Shown: positions 1 through 12,335, numbered from the stretch's first letter. The stretch: 64,000 bases of DNA from Octopus sinensis (GCF_006345805.1 NC_043016.1:6200001-6264000); one strand, 5' to 3'. The notes: generated by a model not told the origin, from the sequence alone. Translations and numbers: made by a program.

Positions 1-176
1 ACAGTCAATTATGAGAGAAGTTCAAATGGTAAGAATGAATTTTTAATTATGAAGAGTAAAGATAGAATTTTTTTTTAAAGTTTATATTTAACTAATAGAC
101 AACTAATTTATACTATGATAAAACTAGCATTAAATTAATATCCAATGCATTGTGAAATATAACCAATAACACATAC

Positions 177-309
177 TTTCTTTTTCTAGCTCTGATATTT
201 CTTCAAGATGGCTTTGATTTCTTTCATGTTTTTCTTGTTCTTCAATGGTATCTTCCATATCTTCCTCTTCTTGATCTTCAGTTTGAAATTCTTCATCACT
301 AATTTTCTC
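177..309 (-). CDS. dom: domino/EP400/SRCAP helicase, coding exon (acidic region after HSA)
   Basis: Acceptor ttccccccag|GAG at 309, donor A|gtatgt at 176. Translates EKISDEEFQTEDQEEEDMEDTIEEQEKHERNQSHLEEISELEKE, resembling the acidic D-(D/E)-E-T-I-E-x-(E/Q)-E repeats of SRCAP/domino. Phase 0 in matches the preceding exon. Confidence 0.85.
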
Positions 310-480
310 CTGGGGGGAAAAAAAAGAGAGAAATGGATTGAATCTCTTAAAATATCGATAATCATGGAGTAATGGACATTAAATGAAGATAACAATCATT
401 ACAATATTATTTGTATGGAAACTATCAATTTGCAATAAATGGGTCACAATAACCCGATTTCAGGTGAACCTTCTCCTCAC

Positions 481-621
481 CTCAGATTCGGAGACTTTTA
501 TCTTTCTCTCTGGCTTTAATTCTGCAGGTTTTTCGAGAATTTCTTCTGGGAGGCTTTTCAAAAGTTCTTCCAAGGGTACATCCCCTTCCTTTTGTAAAAG
601 GGCTATTTCATCTTGGATAGA
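481..621 (-). CDS. dom: domino/EP400/SRCAP coding exon
   Basis: tttcatttcag|TCT...GAG|gtgagg; 141 nt, phase 0-0. SIQDEIALLQKEGDVPLEELLKSLPEEILEKPAELK matches the SRCAP-family EIELLxxEGELPLEELLxSLP motif. Confidence 0.92.
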
Positions 622-2610
622 CTGAAATGAAAAACAACCATATAAACATTTAAATTTCTTAATCTTTTCACAAAAATAAATTTCTCAATTCTTTCAAAGC
701 TTTGAAAGTATCCACAAAATTTCAACAATTGGCATTGTGAAAGGTAATTTTAAGCTAAGTAGTTCCAAACGTCTGATTCTATTCATAATACATCTATTTT
801 TTGATTATTATCAAAAGTCTAAAACAATTGCAGAGAAATGCAAGCTCTGCATGGATAGTAGTATCAACTACATAAATTTTGGCAAGCCAGTGTGTATCAG
901 TATATGGATTTGTGGAGAAAGTATAAGGTGATACTGGGGAAAAATATGAATAAGAGAGATGGTTAATTACAGTACATTGGAAGAATATCGGTAATTTTTC
1001 AAGAAAGAATACAGTAAGGAAAAGAAACATATTTGGCTGAGTAATCATGTGCTTAGTAATAGAATATAAACATTGTAGAAAGACTTCAGGAAATTTCAGG
1101 ACAATTCAACCTGTCGTAAAGTTCCTTCATACCAAGACATTTCTTATGCTTTATCTCGTTAAGGTACCTGGTTACCTTCTTTACATGTGCTAGCATCACA
1201 AAGACAGCACCATTACATTTTGTAAAACAGGTGGCATCAAGCAGAGTGTTCAGTCAGAAACCATGCCAAAGCAGACAATGGAATGCCACACAGCCCTCTA
1301 GATCCTGTCAAACCATCCAACTCATGACATCACGGGAGGATGTTAAATGATGACAATGATTATTAAAAGGAACATTCTCATTTAACTATGTCTGAGTATA
1401 AATTTTCCGTCAATTTGATTTATTGTCAAAAGAAATACTTGATCAGTGATGCATTTACATAAAATTACATTGATATTTTACTTGAACACAAAATACAAGG
1501 AACTATGAATGTAAAGTAATCAGAAGTCAGTGTCAATATTCTATATCGATCACTACTGGGATGTGATGGATAGATTGTTACAACCAAGTTAGTGCATATT
1601 AAGATCTGCTGGTCAAAGGGGCTGCTTCACTATCACTTTACAGTTTTTGACATGGTTTCAACAGATGAATTAGTGGGAGAGCTTGTCATATTCTCTGCTT
1701 GTTTGTCAGTAACTTTACTGAGAACTAGTTACATTCTTTCCTGTCTCTCCAATTCCCCTTTCTAGTTACCTGCACAAATGTACTTGCCTAAATTATTGAA
1801 TATTCTCTATGCTTATATTTACTCCCCTACCCCTGATCAATATCTCTCTAATAACCATTTCTGGCCTTTCTGTTGGCACACTTTACAAGTGTGGTATGTG
1901 GTTGAGAACTTTGCTTTCCAACCCTGTAATTCAGTTCCACTTCATAACACCTTGAGAAAGTGTCTTCTGTTAAAGCTCCAGTAGACTAAATAGTCATAAA
2001 ATGAAACAGCCCCTTACATATATTGCATAGAATTATAGGCCAAAATCTTAGGGAAATTTGTTATTTCTATTAAGTAAAATGAGAGTATAAAGGCTCCCTT
2101 TCCAAATAGTAAGCAAATTAAGTGACAGATGCTGGCAATAGCAGTTTTGATATACAATATATATATATGAACATTCCCTAACCTGTTTTACTCATATATC
2201 TACTATACTGTAATTCCAAATAGCTTAAAAGCGATGTTGAGTTAAGGGTTAACTGCTGCTGTATAATACCTATTGAAAAGCATCTTCTGTTATATAACCA
2301 CAGATGGATCCAAACCATTTCAGTGTAATTTAGTAAATAGAAACTGTGGAAGTATGTTGGCTGGATTGAAATTGCTCTTGACCTGGTTCCCAGGCTAACG
2401 ATAACTGCTTTGTCTATTATGGTTCCTTTCTATCTTGCAAAAGGTGATGGGTGCTGATTTCCCTTTTCTGGCTGAATCACCATTTTTATAGCTGCTTTCT
2501 ATGCCGGCATGGTTGGATGGCTCATCATGATCTGAGTTACTTCTCAATGGTTAGGTGTTGTATGTCAGAATGTCCTTCCTAACATTCAATATTTTGTGTG
2601 TGTGTGTGTG

Positions 2611-2667
<57 letters not shown>

Positions 2668-2854
2668 TTATTATAATAAATATTAGGGAATAAATCCAAA
2701 TTTACAGGGAAAAATCAGATTTAGGATTAAATCCAATTTTATAGTAAAATATTATATAATATAATTCGAGACAAAACCACTATTTTGCAAAACAAACAAG
2801 GAAAGACTTAATCAATACATAAAAATTTTTTTTTTAATATAAAGAAATAAACTG

Positions 2855-2897
2855 CCACTACAATCGTTTCATGTCTTCAATGACATTCGTCAGGTGG
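2855..2897 (-). ncRNA. minimal type-I hammerhead ribozyme motif (canonical core), sense to the domino pre-mRNA
   Basis: Exact reverse-complement copy of 2939-2981. Confidence 0.8.
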
Positions 2898-2938
2898 ATT
2901 TTCGATCTCCTAATCTGTTTTAATTTATGAAGTGAAAT

Positions 2939-2981
2939 CCACCTGACGAATGTCATTGAAGACATGAAACGATTGTAGTGG
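2939..2981 (+). ncRNA. minimal type-I hammerhead ribozyme motif (canonical core)
   Basis: CCAC-CUGACGA-AUGUC(AUUGAA)GACAU-GAAA-C(GAUU)G-UA-GUGG: 4-bp stem I, 5-bp stem II, short stem III, GUA cleavage triplet. Confidence 0.8.
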
Positions 2982-3863
2982 CGGTTTATTTCTTTATATT
3001 AAAAATGTTTATGTATTGATTAAGTCTTTCCTTGTTTGTTTTGCAAAATAGTGGTTTTGTCTCGAATTATATTATATAATATTTATTTATTATATATAAC
3101 AAGATGACTTCTTTCATGCTAGGTCTGCTCAATCAGGGTTAATGTAAAATTAGACAACAACTAGTGTGCAACTTGTCTACATCATTCTCTTGTGGTGTTT
3201 ACAAAGGGTAGAAACCAGAGCAAAATTTAGTACAAACTAAAAAGCATTACTTCCAACTAAAACGTGCCTGCCTCAGGCTGATGATCTACTTCTAGCCACA
3301 TAAAGAAATAACTTGAAACCATGTGGATTTACGTTCATGGGTGTTTTCTACTATAAGCAGTCTTAAGTTATTGCTATGATCAAAATAAAAGCTCAAACTA
3401 TATGTAACACTTTCTTCAGATTAAAATATAGTTGTTCTTGTATATATTTACAAGTTAAATGAATACATTTAGTAATGATCACCATTTAATGTCTACGTTC
3501 GAAGGTGGCATGGGTGATCGGGCAGTTGCTAGAACTGCATCATGCTCCAGTGCTTTGTATGATTGGATGCTCTTCCTAATACCAACCACTTTACAGTATA
3601 CACTGAATACTTTTTTACATGGTACTAGCAAACTAAAGGTGACCATGCAACTTGCAAGACTACATATCATGAAAAAGACAAGAGAAGTTAAAGTATGAAA
3701 AAAGGGGTTAGAACAGAGCAGACTTCTAGTATTACAAAACAAGGGTAGAAGTAGCCAGGTAGATCTAGAAAGAGCTAAAAAGTGGTGAAAAGGTTTCTAG
3801 GTAGATCCTCAAGGTACAAAGTGAGTAGAAGTTTGTGGGGATAAGGAACCAAAAGTAATGTAC

Positions 3864-3943
3864 CTCATTATTCCCAGTTTCTCTTTCTTCTTTGTCAATA
3901 GTTTCTTCATCATCTGTTTCACTCTGATCAGGTTCAAAGTCAT
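3864..3943 (-). CDS. dom: domino/EP400/SRCAP coding exon
   Basis: ttttgttttaag|AT GAC...GAG|gtacat; 80 nt, phase 1-0. (D)DFEPDQSETDDEETIDKEERETGNNE. Confidence 0.9.
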
Positions 3944-4663
3944 CTTAAAACAAAATATAAAAAAATATTCTTTTTACATTCAGTTCATAACATGAAGTTT
4001 AGGGTTACATATTTTGAATGCTATAATTTTTGATTCTCTTACTTTACAAAAATAACAAATTATAAGACAAGCATCACTGCTTCCCTCCACTACAACCTAC
4101 ACACTATTTCTTAGGCATTCATCACGAGTTAGTTTCCCGTTGCTATCCAAAGTGTGTTCATTTTCACGAAACACCATTTTTCAACTAATTTTCAACAAGC
4201 TTTCTACACCTATGAGGTTATTCAGAGCGTATAGAGCTAAAACAATTAACACGAAATATTTGGTCTAATACTCTAATAATTCTTCTTATCTACTATTCTG
4301 AACCGCTACTATACATCACAGAGACCCCATCCCACCTAGAATGAAATGCAAAATTAACTTTGGCAGAATTTGAACTCTGAACATATAAAGCCATAACAAA
4401 GAAACAATGTACTTGTCTAATGCTCTCACAATTTGGTTAATTCATTACCTTTAAATATTACTACTAAGTGTTTTACTGGTACCACATATGATGAAAAACG
4501 AGATTTGAACTTTAAAAAAAAAGGGGAGGAAGACAGTTAATTTAGAAGCAATTCCATTTAAGCGACTCTTTAATTGCTTTAAATAATAATTATTAATTAA
4601 ATAACCATAATAAAACGGAGAAACAAAATTATATCTCTAAAATTAAGAAAATTCGTGCATTAC

Positions 4664-4871
4664 CATCTCCACTGGCGTTGGAATGTTCGGGAGTACTTGT
4701 TATGGACCCAACAACAGAGGATGAAACACCTTTTCCCAAATCAGATTTAGCCAGACTTTCTGTTAACCATGAAGAATATTTTTCTGTTTGGTCAACTATG
4801 AAATTCAGGTGTATATCTAAAGCTTTTCGTCTTTTCTCTTCAAGCCTAGTTTGCTGCTTGTACTGAACAAC
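4664..4871 (-). CDS. dom: domino/EP400/SRCAP coding exon (post-HSA)
   Basis: attttcag|GTT...GAT G|gtaatg; 208 nt, phase 0-1. VVQYKQQTRLEEKRRKALDIHLNFIVDQTEKYSSWLTESL is the conserved post-HSA segment. Confidence 0.93.
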
Positions 4872-6042
4872 CTGAAAATATTTACCAAATTAAATTGATT
4901 AAATGAATTGTGTTCACAGTTTTGATGCAAAATCGGAAGGAAATATGTTTTTATGTGCCAACATCCTGGATAAAAGCAAAAAGTAACTTCATTCTACATC
5001 CAGAAGATTCTTAAAATAGTCTTCTTCAAATCAGAAAGAATGATCAAGATACAATTTTAACTTTGGCAGGATTTGAACTCTGAACATATAAAGCCATAAC
5101 AAAGACAGCAATGTAGTTGTCTAATGCTCTCACAATTTGGTTAATTCCTTACCTTTAAATATTACTTAGTATTTTATTGGTATCACATAAGATGAAAAAC
5201 AATGAGATTTGGACATAAAAAAAACAAAAATTTAAATTTGCTAATTCATGCATAAATCCATCTTAATAGAGTGCAAAATAAGTTTAAAATTCAACGAGTA
5301 TATTTTTCCTTTTAAATGTGTGCACTCAAAACACTAATAGCAAAAGTTAAGTGTTCACTGGTATAAAATTATAAACTTCAGTTTCATACTGACTACATTA
5401 AACAGTCAACTTCAAATCAACAGGTAAAAAAGTATTAAAGACTAGAAGGCTTTAAGTGTGTGTTGATATGTAGTTGCTGTCTTCACAAGCATACGGTGTC
5501 AATATGTACCATCTAAAGTAACATACATACCATAATATAATTAATATTGCAAAGATTTATCAATTCAGATTACATTGATTGGTATTTTGTTCTTGTTAAT
5601 TTGCTAAGAAAGCATTAACTTTGGAGATCAAACTAAGAAAATTTACCAAACTAAAAGCAGATACAGACATTTAACCCTTTAGCTTTCAGATTATTCTATC
5701 AAGTGTAAAGCTTATTTAGCCATGCTGTTTTGAATTAATCATGCATTATCTCATAACTTTAAGATTTCAATAATGTGATTGTTCAGTATCAGATTGATGT
5801 AGAGTATGTGTGAAAGACCAGGTCTGGCTGGTCTGAATAAAAAACAAGTTGAATATTTTGGCAATATACAACTGGTTTAAATGCTAAAGGGTTAAATATA
5901 AATACCTGGAAAACTATAAATTGTTGTTTTTGACAATTTACAGGATAAATTGCTCAACCCTAGAAAATTGGTAAAAAAATATGGTATAATATGAAAAAAA
6001 TGAACTAAAAGTATGCAACAAATATTTGATCGTATAAACAAC

Positions 6043-6183
6043 CTTTTCGATGTTCGCCCAAAATTCTTTCACTTGTTTTGCCACTTGACCAGCTATTCTT
6101 TTCAATTTTTGGGCTTCCTCTTTCACAGCTTTCTGTTCTTTTTGATCTTGTTCTTGGTGATATTTAGCAACCATACGGGATAG
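6043..6183 (-). CDS. dom: domino/EP400/SRCAP coding exon (HSA C-terminal half)
   Basis: tttttag|CTA...AAG|gttgtt; 141 nt, phase 0-0. LSRMVAKYHQEQDQKEQKAVKEEAQKLKRIAGQVAKQVKEFWANIEK. Confidence 0.93.
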
Positions 6184-6678
6184 CTAAAAAATAAATTTCA
6201 AAACCTCTATTAAAATACAATGTTCTAATCAGTATCAAATAAATTTAGTTTCAGCACTTTAGAAGCAAGCAAATTACTAATATCAAACTTTCAGATTAGC
6301 TAAGACCATGTGTATTCCTCTCCAGATTCTACATTGATTCAAATATGTTAACTCTTTGTTACCATATTTCTGTTGAAATACAGTGGCTTCCTTTCAATTA
6401 ATTTGAAGAACAATTAAGAAATTATTAAAATAACTTTGTCAATTAATTAATCTAGTGTTTGGAACAATATTAACATGAATGTTTGATGGAAGGTTTTAAA
6501 ATTTAGGTCACTTTTAAAATGGAAAGCTGGTTATCACAGAACTGGAGAACTTGTTTTTGATTCAAGTTGGCATCAAAATAGTGAGGTAAAAAGAACTGTC
6601 AAAAATGTTTGGTATAACATTATTTAAAAATAACAAAATATCCTATTCTAAACCAATCAGGTTTTTTAACCAATTATA

Positions 6679-6804
6679 CAGGGTGTCCACAAAGTCTGGG
6701 TACATGGGGATTAACACATACTTTAAGAAATTATATTTCTTATATTAAATTGTTTATGTTACGATTTTATTTACTCCATGTACCCAGACTTTGTGGACAC
6801 CCTG
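6679..6804. mobile_element. Tc1/mariner-type MITE, 126 bp
   Basis: Perfect 29-bp TIRs (cagggtgtccacaaagtctgggtacatgg) flanked by TA on both sides. Confidence 0.9.
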
Positions 6805-7407
6805 TATATTAGAATACTAATACTTCAGTGCTTAGAGCTCAACAGAAAAATTACTTCAATCGTCAATGTATACACGTGCACATACCAACTGTATGTATAT
6901 GTTTTCAATAATGAATACTCCTGTTTGTTCAAAAGAATGTATAATCTTCTTACAGTATTTTAATGTAAGTGGCTGAGTGTTCTTACAGGTTTTTGCAACA
7001 ATCTTCAGGTGAATTAAATGTCACATTGTATGTGGAAAAGTTGGCCTTTCTTTGAGTACAGGTACAGTCCCTACAATAGAACTGAATCCAGGAACTCATT
7101 GTCTGCAAACAGACCTTAAATGATCAGCCACACCTGTACATACATACATGTATCGCCATTTAATGGCAAAGTTGCTCAACATGAGATTTCATCTCAGAAT
7201 ATAACTAAAATACAAAGAAAATTTCTGCCATTCAACCAACCCACCATATAAGGGGGTTCCACCTATTCCAATTTACTCAGAAGGTAAAGCTCAACCCAGA
7301 GATACAGTAGAAAAGCCTTTTCACAAGATACCACTTAGTGGGATTGAACCCACAACTTTATGCAAGCACACATGTGTGTTACTAATACACTTTCATTTTA
7401 AATTCAC

Positions 7408-7732
7408 CTTTCTAGCTGCAGCCTTTTTCCACTTTCTTTCCTGAGCAAAATCAGCTGCTAGCCACTGCATTTCTTCCAGTAGATAATCCCAATGGGCTTT
7501 ATTCCTGATTGGTTCCTGTACTTTAGGCAGGCGCCGTGCTGACCAAAGACCATCTTTCCTGAGTTCAGCTACCCTGTGCATCACTTGAGCTTCTTGTTTG
7601 GCCCTCTCAACAATAGCTTCTTGTGAACCAATAGCACTGTCATATACTGCTGAAATAGCTTGCTGTCGAGTATTCAAACGATGTGCTGGAGACGTTGGAG
7701 ACTTCGGTGTCCGCACCATTGATTGGGTCCCA
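7408..7732 (-). CDS. dom: domino/EP400/SRCAP coding exon containing HSA domain
   Basis: tttcatttag|T GGG...AAG|gtgaat; 325 nt, phase 2-0. AKQEAQVMHRVAELRKDGLWSARRLPKVQEPIRNKAHWDYLLEEMQWLAADFAQERKWKKAAARK is the hallmark HSA domain of SWR1-type helicases. Confidence 0.96.
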
Positions 7733-7840
7733 CTAAATGAAACAACAGAAAACCCAAAATTAAACATGGTGTATATTATAGGAAACTGTTTAAAATTCAA
7801 GGTGAAAATGTAAATAGTATTAATAAAAATTGTATCTTAC

Positions 7841-8132
7841 ACAGGAGATAAAAGAGCATTCTTGATAATTTGAGATGACTGTGCAACAGAAGGTTTTACA
7901 TCTGTCGTTTTCGTTGATGATGTGGTAATCGTTGATAAATGCAGAGGTAATGTCTGAGAGACAACTGTAGATGTTGAAATAGATCCAGATGTACTACTAT
8001 CTGTTGGTGTGGGTGTCGTGGAAACTGTTATAACTGTAGTAGTAGTGACAGTACTTGTAGCTGTTGCCGTGGGGACACAAGAGCTAGCACTAGCTGGACT
8101 GCTAATTGGAGCAGCACTAATTACAGGCAAAC
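7841..8132 (-). CDS. dom: domino coding exon, Ser/Thr-rich low complexity
   Basis: aatttag|GT TTG...CCT GT|gtaaga; 292 nt, phase 1-2, open frame (ORF track 7837..8145). Phase matches the HSA exon. Confidence 0.85.
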
Positions 8133-8489
8133 CTAAATTTTCCAAAGATAATTTATTTAAATATACAAATACTGGGTGAAGATAAAATATACATGCAGCA
8201 TACGATAAGTTATTCAGATACCTATTTTACACATTTTCAGTTTAAATTTGCTATTCCAAACCATTACAGTAGTTACTAGTTTAAAGATTAATTGTTACTA
8301 GAGTTCACAAAGGATTGTCATCAAAACGGTTGAGCAAGAATAAAAGTTAAACAATCATGAATTAAAATTAACCAAAAATTTTGCTGGGGTTTTAAATTTT
8401 CTTAGTTACAGTAAATAATGAACATTTTAACTTAAATCATCACAAATGTGATTTTAATCTTTAGCAACGGAATAAAACTTCATACTTAC

Positions 8490-8509
8490 CTTTCAATATT
8501 TGTGCATGT
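8490..8509 (-). CDS. dom: putative 20-nt domino micro-exon (HAQILKG)
   Basis: gtttatacag|ACATGCACAAATATTGAAAG|gtaagt with a consensus-like acceptor and a perfect donor. Phase 2 in, phase 1 out fits the donor at 9327 and the acceptor at 8132. Confidence 0.55.
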
Positions 8510-9389
8510 CTGTATAAACACACACACGCACACACTCATCATACATACAGGCACATACAAAAACACATATTCACTAATGGACATACATGAATCCAGCAAA
8601 AATTAAATATAAATATCAAAGCTAATAAAATTTAAATCGAAATAAAACCATTCTTATTGATGACACATTCAATAAAACACTTCACTTTAACATTCAAACA
8701 AGTATATGGATATAATAGCATGCTGTGGAAGCAAAATTTATATATGAAAAGCAAACAATATCTATTTTAATAAATTCTGAAAATCCGAAATAAACTAAGT
8801 TCTATATTCTTTCCTATGAAACTATTTTACTAAATATGACTTTCAAATCTTAACTTTACTAAAATTAAATAATCTTTAAAATTTAGTGCTTTACGGAATT
8901 TAACTTAAAATACAGAACTAAAAATAATGAAAATTAGATAATTGAAAAATCAAACATTCAAAGCAGAAATGAAAAGCTAAGTTTACTTGTAACATTAAAA
9001 TAAAATTCTACTTAATAATAAGTGATCATAATTAATCGCAACAACAGACTGAGCTTAAAATTATATCTACGTCTCTAACTGCTAATTTACATTGAATCAA
9101 GAATATTTTTAAAATTTTCCTAATATGTATATTGTGAAAATAAAACCCAAAATTTTTTTTATAATCAACCACAAAACCATATATAACACCAAAGACATCA
9201 ATCCTGGAAACAATTTCACCAGGAGCTTTCCAGAATGATAGAGAAAATGAATGTTGATATATACTACAAAGCATGCAGACAACATAGGAATGGTTATTCT
9301 CACTGAAAAAGCCATTCTTAAGCATACTGAACAGAGGACAATGCTGTGCTAGCCACATTGAATGTCTTCAGTAGGAAATGTGGTGATAC

Positions 9390-9636
9390 CCTGTTGATGA
9401 TGATGATGATGCTGTTGTTGTTGTTGTTGTAGCTGTTGTGAAGATATTTGTCTCTGAAACTCTTGTAACCACTCCAAACTACCAGGATTAAGTGTGAGAG
9501 GAGATGGTGCAAGTTGAAATACTGCAATACCTTGCTGTGTTAATGCTGCCAATGTGGGTGTAAGAGTTGTTGGTGTACTTGTTGCCAAATTTTGGGCTGA
9601 CAAAACACTCCCGACATTTCCAGTGTTCTTCATTGG
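9390..9636 (-). CDS. dom: domino coding exon with polyQ/polyH tract; 3' boundary uncertain (9390 or extended to 9328)
   Basis: ttcatttgcag|CCA ATG AAG, PMKNTGNVGSVLSAQNLATS...QQLQQQQQQHHHHHQQ. As written, the donor CAG G|gtatca (phase 1) keeps frame with exon 8132; see finding on the alternative end at 9328. Confidence 0.8.
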
Positions 9637-11420
9637 CTGCAAATGAAAATCAAAAAAGTGATTGTTTTCTTTTAAATACATTATCACAAATGATATGAAT
9701 TTTGTAATTAAAAAGTGATAGCTTCAAAACAACCAATGAATTATAGATACTTCAATTATGAAAACAAATGAAAAATCTTAATAAATGAACTTCTTGGACA
9801 TGTCCAAATATGATTTATATCTCAAAAAAATAACTAATTCAGCAAAAGTTTTAAAGTAATTTACTCAGAAATATTTTGATGTTTAAATATTCACATTACT
9901 GTCTTTTTTATATATAGATTCAATACATACAAAGAATGGGGCAGTTCTTTACTTTAATCCCAACTCATTCCCTCATACTAAAGCAGATATTTTCTTAGAA
10001 GTGTTATATTTTCTACAAAATACCCGACCAATTTTTTTACAGATTTCCTACTGTTGTGTCAAGATTGAATGGTCTTTTCCAAAAATGTTATCAATAAAAA
10101 AAGTTAATATGACAAAATATTTCTAATAATGTTTAAACTTTAATAATCATATAATCATGAGCATTTGACACCAAACACCAATACCTGTTTTAAAATAATA
10201 TAAAATACATCATTAAACCTACTCTAACTTCAAAGATTCAGTGAAGTAACAGTCACCATATACCAGAAATTATTATCAATCAATAACAATAAAAAAAAAG
10301 CAGAATCATAATTGTGTAGAAATGGTTATATGCTTATCTAATATAACACTTTTTTTTTTTTAGCATTTAATCTGGCCATATCCAGACCAAATATTCCATG
10401 TTTTATGTTAAAACTGACTAGATTCAACCTCTCCCACTCACCCTAAAAATATGCAACCACACCATTGAAATCTTGAAACAACAAAATAATGCATGGTTAA
10501 TTCAAAACAATGTGAATAAATAAGCATTACATTTGGCAAAGAAACTTGAATGCTAAAGTGTTAAAGATCTGAGGAGCTATGTTTCGGTAAAAATAATCAC
10601 TTGTGAAAATAAATTCTATATGTAGCAAACAATGAAATGATTACGTAAGAAAAATGTTCTTTAATCCCAAAATCGAAAACAATACCTAAAGAAATTAGCT
10701 GATGCAAGAATAGTGTTTTTAAAAAAAGAGGTTAAAAATCGGAGTTTGTCAAAATACCCTTACAAAAATATCTTAAAATTACAAAATAGTCAAGTGTAAT
10801 TAGTAGTAAATTATTCAGTGGACAAAAACTTAAATACAAATAGAAAAAAAAAAATATTAAGAAATGAATTGTGGTTTAATTAAGTGTTTGAATAAAAGTT
10901 TACATACAAAGAAAATCAAATAAAAATTATCAGCATACTAGTGCAAACATCAGAATCTGAATGACTGATCTTTTTTTTTTCTTTATTTCTCTTTGGAATT
11001 TAAAGTAAATTGTCAAGATATTAAGGATGGCAGTCAAATTCAAAAGCCAATATAACTTAAACTATTTTAAGAGTATTCCATGAGCTAGTTTTTGTGAAAT
11101 GTGAGAATTATCAAGTTTTAACACTCACTATTGACTTTGTACGATAAGAATGGAAGATGTGAAATATATACACAGTTAAGGAATGGAGTAGATAAAAATT
11201 TATCTACTCCATTCCTTAACTCTTGTATTTTTATTTGCACACCTGGCAACCCTGGCTGCCTACCATGAAATATAAAAAATTTTCAGCTTATACTTTCATG
11301 CAGAAAAAATCCACAACCTTCCACTCCAATAAATCACTATTGCTCCTGAAAGCTTTTTTTTTTTTTTTTTTTTTTTTATTCAACAGATTGCTTGAAGCCC
11401 ACTTTCTTCCTACCTCGATT

Positions 11421-11725
11421 CTCTTTTCCTTGTTCCAGTCATTTGACTGTGGCCATGCTGGAGCACCGCCTTTAATCGAGCAAATCGACCCCGGGACTTA
11501 TTCTTTCATAAGCCCAGTACTTATTCTATCGGTCTCTTTTGCCGAACAGCTAAGTAACGGGAACGTAAACACACCAGCATCGGTTGTCAAGCGATGTTAG
11601 GGGGACAGACACACATACGCATATATATATATACATATATACGACGGGCTTCTTTCAGTTTCCGTCTACCAAATCCACTCACAAGGCTTTGGTCAGCCCG
11701 GGGCTATAGTAAAAGACACTTACCC
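11421..11725 (-). mobile_element. SINE (abundant family, tRNA head truncated)
   Basis: Segments (cagtcatttgactg, gggcttctttcagtttccgtctaccaaatccactcacaaggc, aagacactt) recur at about 28480, 45330, 45820 and 57480. Confidence 0.75.
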
Positions 11726-11764
11726 ACTTATATATAAATTGCTGAAACTATTTAATTACATGAT

Positions 11765-12335
11765 TACTTGAGATGAAGTGGAGTGGAAATACTAAAATAC
11801 AATCAAGATTTACAACTAAATATGCAGTAAATTTTCAGATAGCACATCCTGAGCATTGAGATAATGGCACACAAGCATTGATTACAATGGGCTGGGCACC
11901 TTGTTCAGATGAATGACCAGGATTCCTATAGGTGCTATATAATGAAGTTGTTTGTAGAAAGTGCCTCCAGCAAAAACCAAGACTTACAAGGATTGTGTAA
12001 AGTCCTCATTGGAGACAGGTGAAATATGGGAGATCAATTGGGGAAGAAAAAAATTATCACTGCTACCAATGGAGAAAATGAATAAAGTAAAGAGAGGATG
12101 TTTTTGAAGAAATGCGCATTGTGCATTAACTGAAGTGAGGGACTCAAAAACACACTGCCAGTGCAGTGAATGGGAGATGTTTTATCAGCAGTATCTGCAG
12201 ACATGCATGTCAATCAAGAGCTGGACTCATCAGTCACCAGCGAAAGATAAAGTATAATTCTGTCGGAATACACAGTGTTCTTAGTGGTGGGCTTCTTTGG
12301 TCAAGAGAGGACAGCCATCAGACAGATACACACAT
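11765..12335 (+). mobile_element. decayed RTE-clade LINE 3' end
   Basis: Remnants of the W(L/A)GH-VRM motif and the C-terminal zinc-finger-like CRHACQSRAGLISHQR (ORF 12166). Confidence 0.65.

Larger units (their letters stand above)
2747..3084. mobile_element. fold-back element (about 150-bp inverted arms, 33-nt loop), probably inverted Penelope-like terminal repeats
   Basis: Arms 2747-2901 and 2935-3084 are near-perfect reverse complements and adjoin a (TA)n tract; each arm carries a hammerhead motif. Confidence 0.85.

Noticed and set aside
186-395. ORF-track protein MLSSFNVH...KYQS
   Set aside because: Wrong frame; the real exon (177-309) reads EKISDEEF... in another frame.
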